From Flavobacteriales bacterium (GTDB taxonomy: Bacteria > Bacteroidota > Bacteroidia > Flavobacteriales_F > PHOS-HE28), in NCBI GenBank assembly GCA_016721825.1, contig JADKHI010000001.1, forward strand, positions 1,294,808-1,358,807: a stretch of 64,000 nt of DNA, read 5' to 3'. The notes under the pieces are model-generated. The model ran no database searches. It was not told the origin of the DNA and was given only the letters and a program-made list of their open reading frames with translations. The translations under genes were made by a program, and so were the position numbers. Of the stretch, positions 19,333-28,392 are shown piece by piece; position 1 is the first letter of the stretch; every line of letters starts with the position of its first letter.

Positions 19333-20829
19333 ATGGCAACTAAGAAGGTGTTCCGCTTGATGCCCGTTCTCTTGCTGTACCTGCTTGGCCTGAGCAGCAT
19401 GGCTCAACTACGCAATGCCCATTGGATCACAACCCATTGGGTTCAGTTCGGATCTGGTACACCGACCGTATTCCCACTGCCGTGTCAAGGCACAGGAATG
19501 TCACCGGCATCCCTGTCAGACCCAAGTGGCAATCTGCTGTTGTATTCCGGGGCCGACGCCAATATTTTCTGCCTCCGGTGTGCCGATGGCTCCTTAATGC
19601 CGGTGCCGGGTTCCTTCTGTAACATACCTGACGAAGGAGCTCTGTCCTTTCTCATGCTTCCTTGGCCTGGGGACCTGACCAAGGTGGCAGCGATCCGCCG
19701 GGTGCAAACTCCAGGACTCCCGTACGGATATCAGCGGATCATGGTGGGGTGTGTGGACCTTACCCTGAACAACGGTTTGGGGTCCATGCCGCTCCCGCCG
19801 GTCTTCATGACCGATTCGTTGAACGACAAGCTTACCGCCGTGCCGCATGCGAATGGCCTGAGCTATTGGATCATTGGGCAAAAAAGGAGATCCAACGCTT
19901 TCCATGCCTATCAGCTTAGACCTACGGGCGTCGATACCGTACCTGTTGTGAGCTATGCAGGTGCCGTACTACCTGATACGGTGGGTGGTATATACAACCC
20001 GATGCAGTTAGGCTCATTGACCGCCTCCTACGATGGTACCAAGCTTGCCAGCCAATCGTACAGTGGAAATCCGTGGCTGATGGATACTTCCATCACCGAG
20101 GTGTTCAATTTCGATGCAGCCACAGGACAGGTCACCTTGATGGTGTCACTGCGCAGCAATCTGAATTACACGGGAGCAGCGGGGATCGAGTTCTCACCCG
20201 ATGGCTCTAAGCTTTACGTGGTGGATATGTCCCACTTGAACGGATTCGATCAGACGATATGGCAATACGACCTCACGGTACCCGATCCGAGCACGATACT
20301 GGGCAGCGAATACTTGCTATCGCATGCACTACGTCTGCCTAGCTTAACCAATCCCTATCCGCTAATGGCGGCCGGACCTGATGGCCGGATCTATTTGCCG
20401 CACGGCAGCAACGGAGGCTGGGGTCCCTTGTGGTATGGTGCAATTCAAGAACCTAATTTGCCCGGTTCTGCTTGTGATCTGGACTCCAATGCCATCTTTC
20501 TACAAGCAGGCCAAGGTGCCATCAACGTTCCCAATTTCTGCAAGCGCTATCACGATAGTGAGCTATCGGTGGGGGTGCGGGAAGGGCTGGGAGCGAACGC
20601 CTCGCTTCAGGCATGGCCGGTGCCCGCCAGTGACCTGTTGAATGTGACCCTACCCGAAGCAGGGCGCCTGACCGTACTGGACATGCTCGGGCGGGAGTTG
20701 CTGTGGCAGCAGGTCCCCGGAAGTGGTTCGCACGCTGTACCCATCGGCGAATTGGCACCGGGCACTTACGTGCTACGCTTCACCAATGAACGTGGCGTGT
20801 CGCTTACGCGCGGTTTCGTGAGGGACTGA
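19333..20829 (+). CDS. T9SS type A sorting domain-containing protein (beta-propeller-like body)
   Basis: Start at MATKKVFRLMPVLLLYLLGLSSMAQ. The body includes IEFSPDGSKLYVVD and AAGPDGRIYLPHG motifs. The C-terminus LQAWPVPASDLLNVTL...LAPGTYVLRFTNERGVSLTRGFVRD is a type A sorting domain. The gene is visibly less GC-rich than its neighbours. Confidence 0.7.
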   Translation: MATKKVFRLMPVLLLYLLGLSSMAQLRNAHWITTHWVQFGSGTPTVFPLPCQGTGMSPASLSDPSGNLLLYSGADANIFCLRCADGSLMPVPGSFCNIPDEGALSFLMLPWPGDLTKVAAIRRVQTPGLPYGYQRIMVGCVDLTLNNGLGSMPLPPVFMTDSLNDKLTAVPHANGLSYWIIGQKRRSNAFHAYQLRPTGVDTVPVVSYAGAVLPDTVGGIYNPMQLGSLTASYDGTKLASQSYSGNPWLMDTSITEVFNFDAATGQVTLMVSLRSNLNYTGAAGIEFSPDGSKLYVVDMSHLNGFDQTIWQYDLTVPDPSTILGSEYLLSHALRLPSLTNPYPLMAAGPDGRIYLPHGSNGGWGPLWYGAIQEPNLPGSACDLDSNAIFLQAGQGAINVPNFCKRYHDSELSVGVREGLGANASLQAWPVPASDLLNVTLPEAGRLTVLDMLGRELLWQQVPGSGSHAVPIGELAPGTYVLRFTNERGVSLTRGFVRD

Positions 20830-20930
20830 TCCGACTGGCTTCGGGGAGCCCCGGTGGCCTTCTTCATTTTCAACCGCTCTTGCACGGAAGGGGGGAACGA
20901 CTAGTTTCACGGTATCCAAGCCCTACCGAC

Positions 20931-22484
20931 ATGAAACACGCTCTCCTCTTCCCCGTGCTGTCCATGGTCCTGCTGATGACCGCTTGCAGGCGCGAACCCG
21001 TTGGACCGGATGGATGCGGCAACTCTTCGCAGGATGTCCTGAAGGAAAAGGCCGATCCGCAGCCCGTACCGCAAGGCGATCCGTTGAGCCAGGAAGACTT
21101 GGACCGCGCCGTGATCGGTGTGCTCGAAACGAACAACGACTTCCAGTGGCCGATGGTGGACCTGCGCACCTTGTGGAGCGCAACCCTGTACAACGATCAC
21201 AGCGTTTCCATCGGCTACAAGCCCGCCAACGTGGGCAACATCGATGACATCATCGCCACCATCGACATCCGGAAGGCCGAATGGCGCGCCGTGCATGATG
21301 CGCTGATCGATCTGGTGCTGGAAGAGCTGAACAACGGAGCCCGCGTGAAGGTGACCTTGGCCGACATCCTGGTGGAGGATGATCCCGTGCTGCCCATCAT
21401 CACGCTGCGGTTTACCGACAAGGAGCTGATCACGCGCTTGTACAACCTGGAGAACGTGCGCTACATCGAGCCACTGGACTACTGGCCCGCAGTGGCCAAC
21501 GACGAGCGCAGCACCAGCGGCTGCAGCCCTTCCACCTACGCCCTCAACAGCGCCGACGTTACCACCATCACGCCGAACGCGAAGCTGCCATGGAACTTCA
21601 ACCTGCACAACATCCCTTCGGCCTGGAACACGGTGCAAGGGCAAGGCATCACCGTGGGTGTGATCGATGCCGGTCTGAGCTCCGCACAGAACTACGTAGG
21701 CAGTGACTTCAACAACGGCGACAGCAACGTGGGCCGCACCTTCACCGCTTCCGCCACCTTGGGCGCTTCCCCCTACACCAGCTGCTCACACGGCACCAGC
21801 ATGGCCGGACAGGCCGTAGGTCCGCGCAACAACGGCGGCGCCAGCACCGGGGTGGCCTACAAGAGCAACCTGCGCTTCATCCGTGCCAGCGAGGATGTGG
21901 TCCTGGACCAGGGCAGCGAGCGCACGGCCGTGAAGAACGCCTTGACCGCCATGGGCAACGATGCCAACGTGCGCGTGATCAGCATGAGCATCGGTTCGCC
22001 CTTCAGCTATGGCGTGCTTAGCGACGGTGTGAACTACGCCACCGGCTTCGGCAAGTTGGTGATGGCCGCGGCAGGCACCAGCTTCAGTTGGACCAGCTGG
22101 TGGGGCGTGATCTATCCTGCGGCCTACAGCAACTGCGTGGCCGTTACTGGTGTGAAGGAAAACGGAAGCAAGTGCGCCAGCTGCCACGACGGTTCGCAGG
22201 TGGACCTGACGATCTGCATGGAACGCACCGCGAACAGCTCGCGCAACTCCCTCTCGCTCGCACCCAGCGGCAACACGCCGAACTACATCGGTGGCAGCAG
22301 TTCCGCCACGGCCACGGCTGCCGGTATCGCGGCCTTGGCGTGGAGCGCGAAGCCAACGGCCACACGCGCCCAGATCCTGAACTGCCTCACGAGCACCGCA
22401 CAGTTCGCGGGCGCTCCGAGCAGCAGCAAGGGCTATGGCAACATCAACGCGAACGCAGCGGTGAACGCGGCGCTTGCGTTGTAA
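20931..22484 (+). CDS. S8 family (subtilisin-like) serine peptidase, lipoprotein
   Basis: Start at MKHALLFPVLSMVLLMTAC (lipobox). The catalytic motifs occur in D-H-S order: ITVGVIDAGL, SCSHGTSMAGQAVG, GGSSSATATAAGIAALAWS. Confidence 0.85.
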   Translation: MKHALLFPVLSMVLLMTACRREPVGPDGCGNSSQDVLKEKADPQPVPQGDPLSQEDLDRAVIGVLETNNDFQWPMVDLRTLWSATLYNDHSVSIGYKPANVGNIDDIIATIDIRKAEWRAVHDALIDLVLEELNNGARVKVTLADILVEDDPVLPIITLRFTDKELITRLYNLENVRYIEPLDYWPAVANDERSTSGCSPSTYALNSADVTTITPNAKLPWNFNLHNIPSAWNTVQGQGITVGVIDAGLSSAQNYVGSDFNNGDSNVGRTFTASATLGASPYTSCSHGTSMAGQAVGPRNNGGASTGVAYKSNLRFIRASEDVVLDQGSERTAVKNALTAMGNDANVRVISMSIGSPFSYGVLSDGVNYATGFGKLVMAAAGTSFSWTSWWGVIYPAAYSNCVAVTGVKENGSKCASCHDGSQVDLTICMERTANSSRNSLSLAPSGNTPNYIGGSSSATATAAGIAALAWSAKPTATRAQILNCLTSTAQFAGAPSSSKGYGNINANAAVNAALAL

Positions 22485-22572
22485 GCGCGCACTACCCGGC
22501 ACTGGGGGGCGCGGTCGCGAAGCAGCGAACCCGTTGCAGAGAACGTCCTTGGAACGTAGTGGAACACCGAAA

Positions 22573-23772
22573 ATGCGTGATCCAATGAGAACACATCTGC
22601 TCCTCATCCTAGGACTTTTCTTGACCTGCCCGATCGTTACCACCGGCCAGTCCACCGCGGTCCTGTACACCATCCACAACCCTTCGCCGGGCATCTTCTC
22701 GTTCGGCACCTTCGACCTAGCGACAGGGGTGGTGACGGATCTGGAGGCCGCGCCGATCACTACCATTTCCAGCATGGCGAGTGCATGCGTTGATGTGACA
22801 GGCGGCCTCTACCACTTCTGCGACGGTAAGCAGATCCATACGTTCGACATGAACAGCGTGACCGCCGTAAGCACCATGTCCTTGGGGCTGGGGTCGCTCC
22901 AGAACCTGTTCGCGATCGAATGGGATCCTTGCGAGCAGGTTTTTTTGGGCGTGCTGAACGCGCCACCTGACAGTATCGTCCTCGTGCGTTTCGATCCTGG
23001 CAACCAACAATTCACCACGCTGGCGGCCTTGTCCTCGAGCATGTCCTTCTGTTCCGGCTGCCAAGGGATGTTCGACCCGGTGCTGCGGCGTTACATGTTG
23101 CGCTACGGAGGCGGCATACTCACCTTGGACCCCGATGCCGGCGCGGTGTTGTTCGACGTTCCCATGGTGGATCCTCCCGGCTTCACCCCGGTGCATCACT
23201 TGTCCTATTCCTGCGCACAACAACGCATCGTGGGCACCGCGGTTGGCACCAGTCCGGAAGGCCATTCCGGCAAGTTCCTCTTCGAGGTGGAAGAGACCAC
23301 GGGTGCAACGACGATGCTGACCACCCTACCGGCGAGTACCGGACTGTGGAAGCCTGCGCTCGGCAACTCCTGCATCGACGACAACACGGGCACCTTCTAT
23401 TGGTCGGGCGTTGACGGTATGATCACGGGCGCTGACATCAGCATTGGGACCATGACCTATGCGCAACAAGCGAGCAGCGATGAGCTCTTCTTGATCGAAC
23501 ATGCGACCACCTGTGCCTGCACGGCCAGTAACATGCCCGCTCAGGTTCAACAACCGTCCTTTCTGATCTACCCGAACCCGGCTGCGGACATGGTCAACCT
23601 TGTTGGGAAGCGGACTGAAGGCATTGTCTCCGTGCATGACCATACCGGTCGGGCAGTATGGTCGGGAGCAGCACGCCAGCAGCGCACGACCATCCCGTTA
23701 CAGGGTCTAGCTCCAGGCCACTACGTCGTTCGGCTGGGCGAGCGTGCCGTCCCGCTGATCGTTGCGGAATAA
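22573..23772 (+). CDS. T9SS type A sorting domain-containing hypothetical protein
   Basis: Start at MRDPMRTHLLLILGLFLTCPIVTTGQS. The C-terminus FLIYPNPAADMVNLVG...LAPGHYVVRLGERAVPLIVAE is a type A sorting domain. Confidence 0.7.
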   Translation: MRDPMRTHLLLILGLFLTCPIVTTGQSTAVLYTIHNPSPGIFSFGTFDLATGVVTDLEAAPITTISSMASACVDVTGGLYHFCDGKQIHTFDMNSVTAVSTMSLGLGSLQNLFAIEWDPCEQVFLGVLNAPPDSIVLVRFDPGNQQFTTLAALSSSMSFCSGCQGMFDPVLRRYMLRYGGGILTLDPDAGAVLFDVPMVDPPGFTPVHHLSYSCAQQRIVGTAVGTSPEGHSGKFLFEVEETTGATTMLTTLPASTGLWKPALGNSCIDDNTGTFYWSGVDGMITGADISIGTMTYAQQASSDELFLIEHATTCACTASNMPAQVQQPSFLIYPNPAADMVNLVGKRTEGIVSVHDHTGRAVWSGAARQQRTTIPLQGLAPGHYVVRLGERAVPLIVAE

Positions 23773-23774
23773 GC

Positions 23775-25883
23775 TCAACGCACTTCGGCGCCCGGGGCAA
23801 TAATGTCCTTGGGCTGCACGAACACGAGCTTGCCCGCGCTGTCCTCGGCCATCAGCACCATGCCCTGGCTTTCGACACCGCGCATCTTGCGGGGTTCGAG
23901 ATTGGCCACCAGCACGACCTGCTGACCGACCAGTTCCTCCGGCGCGTAGTGCATGGCAATGCCGCTGACAACGGTTCGTGGTGACGCTTCACCCAGGTCC
24001 ACGGCGAGCTTCAGCAGCTTGTCGGCCTTGGGCACGCGCTCGGCGGCAGTGATGGTGCCCACGCGCAGGTCGAGCTTCGCGAAATCGTCGAAGGTGATGT
24101 TGGGCTTGGCAACAGGGGCAGGAACAGGAGCCGGACCAGGGGCAGGACCAGGGGCGGGAGCAGGGGCTGCTTGTTGAGGCTCCATGGCGTGCAGGCGTTC
24201 CACTTCCACGGCGATCTCTTCGTCGGTAATGGGCTTGAAGAGGTGCTCGGCTTTGCCCAGCGCCTGGCCTTCGCCTACGAGGTCACTGCGGAAGGCCTGG
24301 TCCCACGGCAGCGCGTTGATGCCGAGCATGCGGCGCAGCTTCTGCGCGGTGAAGGGCAGGAAAGGCTCCAGCACGATGCTGAGCGTGGCCGCGATGTTCA
24401 GACTGTTGGCCAGGATGGTGCGGGTGCGGACCGGATCGGTCTTCTCCAACTTCCACGGCTCGTTGTCGCTGAGGTACTTGTTGCCGGCGCGCGCCACGTT
24501 CATGGCACTGCTCAGCGCATCGCGGAAGCGGAAGTGGTCGATGTGCCTCGCCACCTCTTCCACGTTGCCGTGCACGGCGCTCCACAGGTCCATATCCAGG
24601 TCCGAGCGTTCACCGGCCGCCGGTGCGTTGCCGCCGTAGTACTTGTGGCAGAGCACGAACACGCGCTGCACGAAGTTGCCGAGGATGGCGACCAGCTCGT
24701 TGTTGTTCTTGTCCTGAAAGTCCTTCCACGTGAACTCGCTGTCGCGGAACTCGGGGATGATGGTGGCCAGTGCGTAGCGCAGCTCATCCTGGCGATCGGG
24801 CCAACGCTCGATGTACTCGTGCAACCAAACAGCCCAGTTGCGGCTGGTGCTGATCTTGCGGCCTTCGAGGTTGAGGAACTCGTTCGCGGGCACGTTCTGT
24901 GGAAGCACGTAGCCGCCGTGCAACTTCAGCAGGATCGGGAAGATGATGCAGTGGAAAACGATATTGTCCTTGCCGATGAACTGCACCAGGCGTGTGTCGT
25001 CGTTCTTCCACCACTTCTGCCAATCCTCGCCCTTGTCCTTCGCCCATTGCTTGGTGGCGCTGATGTAGCCGATGGGCGCATCGAGCCATACGTAGAGCAC
25101 CTTGCCTTCTGCACCGGGCAATGGCACGGGCACGCCCCAATCCAGGTCGCGCGTCATCGCACGGGGACGCAGACCGTCCTTCAACCAGCTGTTGCATTGG
25201 CCCAGTACCTGTGGCTTCCATTCGCCCGCGTCGTGGTGCTTCACACCGTCGAGCATGCCGGTGTTGATCCACTCATCCACCCATTGCTGGCTGCGCTCCA
25301 TGGGCAGGTACCAGTGCGTGGTGGGCCGCAGCACGGGCTTGGCACCGCTGAGGGTGCTGCGCGGATCGATCAGGTCCTTCGGGCTCAACGCGCTGCCGCA
25401 CTTCTCGCATTGGTCGCCGTAGGCATCGGGGTTGGCGCAGGTGGGGCAGGTGCCCATGATGTAGCGGTCCGCCAGGAACTGCTTCGCCTCCTCGTCGTAG
25501 TACTGCTGCTCCTCCTGTTGGGTGAAGGCGCCGTTCTCGTTCAGCTTGAGAAAGAAGCCCTGGCTGGTCTCCTTGTGCAGCTCGCTGCTGGTGCGGTGGT
25601 AGATGTCGAAGTGGATGCCGAAGTCCTGAAAGGCCTTGCCCATCAACGCGTGGTACTTGTCCACGATGGCGCGCGGGGTGGTGCCTTCCTTCAGCGCGCG
25701 GATGGTGATGGCCGCCCCATGCTCATCGCTGCCGCACACGAAGAGCACGTCCTTGCCGCGCTGGCGCAGGCTGCGCACGTAGATGTCCGAAGGCAGGTAG
25801 GCCCCGGCAATGTGGCCGATGTGCAGGGGGCCGTTGGCGTAGGGCAGGGCGGCGGTAACGGTGTGGCGGGCGGGTTCCTTCAC
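23775..25883 (-). CDS. metG: Methionine--tRNA ligase with a C-terminal EMAP/tRNA-binding domain
   Basis: TAALPYANGPLHIGHIAGAYLPSDIYVRSLRQRGKDVLFVCGSDEHG carries the HIGH motif. Zinc knuckle: CPTCANPDAYGDQCEKCG. C-terminal tRNA-binding domain: DLRVGTITAAERVPKADKLLKLAVDLG...LVANLEPRKMRGVESQGMVL. Confidence 0.95.
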   Translation of the reverse strand: MKEPARHTVTAALPYANGPLHIGHIAGAYLPSDIYVRSLRQRGKDVLFVCGSDEHGAAITIRALKEGTTPRAIVDKYHALMGKAFQDFGIHFDIYHRTSSELHKETSQGFFLKLNENGAFTQQEEQQYYDEEAKQFLADRYIMGTCPTCANPDAYGDQCEKCGSALSPKDLIDPRSTLSGAKPVLRPTTHWYLPMERSQQWVDEWINTGMLDGVKHHDAGEWKPQVLGQCNSWLKDGLRPRAMTRDLDWGVPVPLPGAEGKVLYVWLDAPIGYISATKQWAKDKGEDWQKWWKNDDTRLVQFIGKDNIVFHCIIFPILLKLHGGYVLPQNVPANEFLNLEGRKISTSRNWAVWLHEYIERWPDRQDELRYALATIIPEFRDSEFTWKDFQDKNNNELVAILGNFVQRVFVLCHKYYGGNAPAAGERSDLDMDLWSAVHGNVEEVARHIDHFRFRDALSSAMNVARAGNKYLSDNEPWKLEKTDPVRTRTILANSLNIAATLSIVLEPFLPFTAQKLRRMLGINALPWDQAFRSDLVGEGQALGKAEHLFKPITDEEIAVEVERLHAMEPQQAAPAPAPGPAPGPAPVPAPVAKPNITFDDFAKLDLRVGTITAAERVPKADKLLKLAVDLGEASPRTVVSGIAMHYAPEELVGQQVVLVANLEPRKMRGVESQGMVLMAEDSAGKLVFVQPKDIIAPGAEVR

Positions 25884-25920
25884 GGGTTCGGTTCACTTCG
25901 TTGCGCGAAAGTACCGGAAT

Positions 25921-26140
25921 GTGCAGTTGACAGTAGGCAGGGGCAGGTGGCAGGAGCAGGTGGCAGGTGGCAGGAGCAGTTGGCAGGTGGCAGGAGCAGG
26001 GATGTGCGGCAGCGGAGCTTTCTTCTTCCGGGCCACAGGCCATGGGCTGCGAGCTTCGGGCCACGAGCTTGTTCTCGGCAGCGGAGCGTTCTTCATCTGT
26101 GGGCAGTGGGCAGTTGACAGTGCGCAGTTGGCAGTTGAAG
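25921..26140 (+). repeat. Mosaic intergenic repeat element, copy R1 (modules G-A-J-B-J-C-G)
   Basis: GGCAGG-type tandem array at 25937-26000. Two copies of the GCGGCAGCGGAGC..TTCTTC junction motif. GGGCCACGAGCT-type array at 26028-26070. GCAGTTG array at 26103-26140. The core matches 40449-40542 reverse-complemented. Confidence 0.8.
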
Positions 26141-26187
26141 TGCGCGCGGATGCTGAAGGACCGGTCTCGCGAGGATCTTCGCGGTTG

Positions 26188-27162
26188 ATGTCCTTGATCC
26201 TTCCCCCTGCACTCCGACCCGGCGACACCATCGCCATCATCCCAACCGCCCGCGCCATCACGGTGGAAGAGCTGCGCGATGGAATTGCAATGGCGGAAAG
26301 CTGGGGCTTGAAGGTGAAGCTGGGCGCAGGCATCGGGCGCAAGCATTTTCAGCAGGCCGGTACCGCCTTGGAGCGAGCCGCGGATCTGCAGGCCGCGATC
26401 CAAGACCCTGCGGTGAAGGCCATCTGGTGCGCGCGCGGCGGCTACGGCACCGTGCGGCTCATGGAGCACATCGACCTTTCGCCTCTACTGAAGAACCCGA
26501 AATGGATCGTCGGTTTCAGTGATGTCACCGTGTTGCACAATGCGTTGCACAACCTCGGTATCAGCACCCTGCATGCCCAGATGCCCCACAACATCGGCGT
26601 GAAGACGGCGGAGTGCGTGGAGACGTTGAGGAGGGCGTTGTTCGGAGAACTGCTTCAGATAGAGGCCACGGGCTCTGGGCCACGGGCCACGGGCTCAATT
26701 TCGGACAACGAACAACGAACAACCGACAACCGCCCCGGCACCTGCGAAGCCGAGCTCATCGGCGGCAACCTCTCCTTGCTCTACGCCTTGCGCGGAACAC
26801 CCTACGACATCGATCCGCGCGGCAAGATCCTCTTCATCGAAGACCTGGACGAGCTGCTCTACCACATGGACCGCATGGTGATGAACCTGCAGCTGTCCGG
26901 TTGGTTCAAGGAGCTGGCAGGCTTGGTTGTGGGTGGCATGGCGGATATGCACGACCGCAATCCGGCGGATCCCTTCGGGCAAAGCGCGGAGGCCATCATC
27001 GCGCAAGCGGTGGCACCCTGCACGTATCCGGTCTGTTACGGTTTCCCCGCAGGCCACATCCCGGACAACCGGGCGCTGGTACTGGGCCAAAAGGCGAAGC
27101 TCAGCGTCACCGCATCGGGTGCAACGCTGGTGTACAATGTTCCGACCAACGCTCGTTCGTAA
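26188..27162 (+). CDS. ldcA: S66 family LD-carboxypeptidase (muramoyltetrapeptide carboxypeptidase)
   Basis: The real start is MSLILPPALRPGDTIAIIPTA at 26188; the upstream part of the track ORF is translated repeat. Family motifs: WCARGGYG, VGFSDVTVLH (Ser nucleophile), GGNLSLLYALRGT, ILFIEDLDE, GFPAGH. Confidence 0.85.
   Translation: MSLILPPALRPGDTIAIIPTARAITVEELRDGIAMAESWGLKVKLGAGIGRKHFQQAGTALERAADLQAAIQDPAVKAIWCARGGYGTVRLMEHIDLSPLLKNPKWIVGFSDVTVLHNALHNLGISTLHAQMPHNIGVKTAECVETLRRALFGELLQIEATGSGPRATGSISDNEQRTTDNRPGTCEAELIGGNLSLLYALRGTPYDIDPRGKILFIEDLDELLYHMDRMVMNLQLSGWFKELAGLVVGGMADMHDRNPADPFGQSAEAIIAQAVAPCTYPVCYGFPAGHIPDNRALVLGQKAKLSVTASGATLVYNVPTNARS
26664..26732 (+). repeat. In-frame repeat-module segment inside ldcA
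   Basis: GGCCACGGGCTCTGGGCCACGGGCCACGGGCTC, then AATTTCG, then GACAACGAACAACGAACAACCGACAACCG. Total 69 nt = 23 codons, encoding ATGSGPRATGSISDNEQRTTDNR. Confidence 0.7.
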
Positions 27163-27211
27163 CACGGCCGCATGGCCAAGGGCCTTTGCCGGTTGGGCCA
27201 AAAACAAGTAG

Positions 27212-27230
27212 GTCGACCCGGTGGGTCGAC
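27212..27230. terminator. Hairpin between convergent genes (possible bidirectional terminator)
   Basis: GTCGACCC-GGT-GGGTCGAC forms a perfect 8-bp stem between the ldcA stop (27162) and the DUF4412-like stop (27269). Confidence 0.4.
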
Positions 27231-27268
27231 GCTACAGGTGCGTATCTACAATGTTGGCGCGTTGCCGA

Positions 27269-27901
27269 TCAGTTCCGCTCGAACTTGTTGAAGCCGGCGG
27301 GGATCTCGAAGATGGTCGGCTTCTGCGCGACCTTGATCACTTTGGTGACCTCGAGCTTGCTGACCTCCGCGCCGTCCAGCTTGTTCTCCACGCCGAGCAT
27401 GGGGAACACACCTTTGGCATCCTTGATCTCCAGGAAGAACACGGCCTGTTCGTCCTTGCGGTTCAGCGTTTCCAGCAGGGGCACGAAGAAGTTGAACTCG
27501 TCGTTGGCCACCCAATAGGTGATCACACGGTCCTCGCGGGGGCTCTTCACCACCCACTTCTCGCACTTGTAGCCGGCCATGTCCTTCATTTCGCCGGTCT
27601 TTTTGATCTCGGTCTCCACGTCCTTGGGCAGGCGCATGTTCGGCACGTCCATGTAGAGCTTGCGTTCGGGGCTGAGCGCGATCACCGTGCGGTCGCGGGT
27701 GTCCACGAGCATGATGCCCTGCACATCGCCACGGGCGCTGATCTCCTCAATGCGGATGTGGTCGCCCTTGACGTAGTACTTGTAGTTCGTGACCACCGGA
27801 CCGGTGGTCTTAGTGAACTCGAGCACGCCCTCGAAGGCCTGGGCCTGAGCAGCGGAGAGACTGCCGAGCAGTGCGAGGGAGAGAATGAAGCGTTTCATCA
27901 T
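27269..27901 (-). CDS. Secreted DUF4412-like protein
   Basis: Start at MMKRFILSLALLGSLSAAQAQ (27901). The family assignment is from memory of similar Bacteroidota proteins (FEGVLEF.K......Y.YYVKGD..R.E). Confidence 0.6.
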   Translation of the reverse strand: MMKRFILSLALLGSLSAAQAQAFEGVLEFTKTTGPVVTNYKYYVKGDHIRIEEISARGDVQGIMLVDTRDRTVIALSPERKLYMDVPNMRLPKDVETEIKKTGEMKDMAGYKCEKWVVKSPREDRVITYWVANDEFNFFVPLLETLNRKDEQAVFFLEIKDAKGVFPMLGVENKLDGAEVSKLEVTKVIKVAQKPTIFEIPAGFNKFERN

Positions 27902-28017
27902 GCGGTGGTGTTGATCGAACGACCGTTCGCTTGGCGGATGAGGCGGAAAGTTCCTCAATTTTAGACCCTTCAACGGGCCCTGGCGCCACAGGTTACGCAC
28001 AGAGGCAAGTTGTTTTC

Positions 28018-28392
28018 ATGGCCGAGCATCTCCGAACGGGTTCATTGGGTGAGCAACTGGCGTGCCAGTTCCTGGAACGCAAGGGATTCAACATCCTGCA
28101 CCGCAACTGGCGTTTCAAGCACGATGAGCTCGACATTGTGGCCCTTGACGGCCGCTTTCTGGTGTTCGTGGAAGTGAAGACCCGGAGCACCGACCGCTGG
28201 GGTGATCCCGAGGACGATGTGAGCCCCGCGAAGATCCGCAAGCTGATGCGCGCTGTGGATGGTTACCTTGACGCATTCCCGACCGAGCTGGAGCTGCGCT
28301 TCGATGTGGTGAGCATCACCCTGAAGCCCCACGAGCCCGAGATCCTGCATATCACTGACGCCTTCTACCCCACACTCGATGAGCAAAGCTGA
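28018..28392 (+). CDS. yraN: YraN family (UPF0102) endonuclease-like protein
   Basis: GEQLACQFLERKGFNILHRNWRFKHDELDIVALDGRFLVFVEVKTRS is the canonical YraN core. Start chosen at MAEHLRTG (28018). Confidence 0.85.
   Translation: MAEHLRTGSLGEQLACQFLERKGFNILHRNWRFKHDELDIVALDGRFLVFVEVKTRSTDRWGDPEDDVSPAKIRKLMRAVDGYLDAFPTELELRFDVVSITLKPHEPEILHITDAFYPTLDEQS

Noticed and set aside
24171-26117. A 648-aa + strand ORF opposite metG.
   Set aside because: It is antisense to an unmistakable MetRS. The translation is L/A/G/V/H-rich with no motifs, and its 3' end reads through the mosaic repeat.
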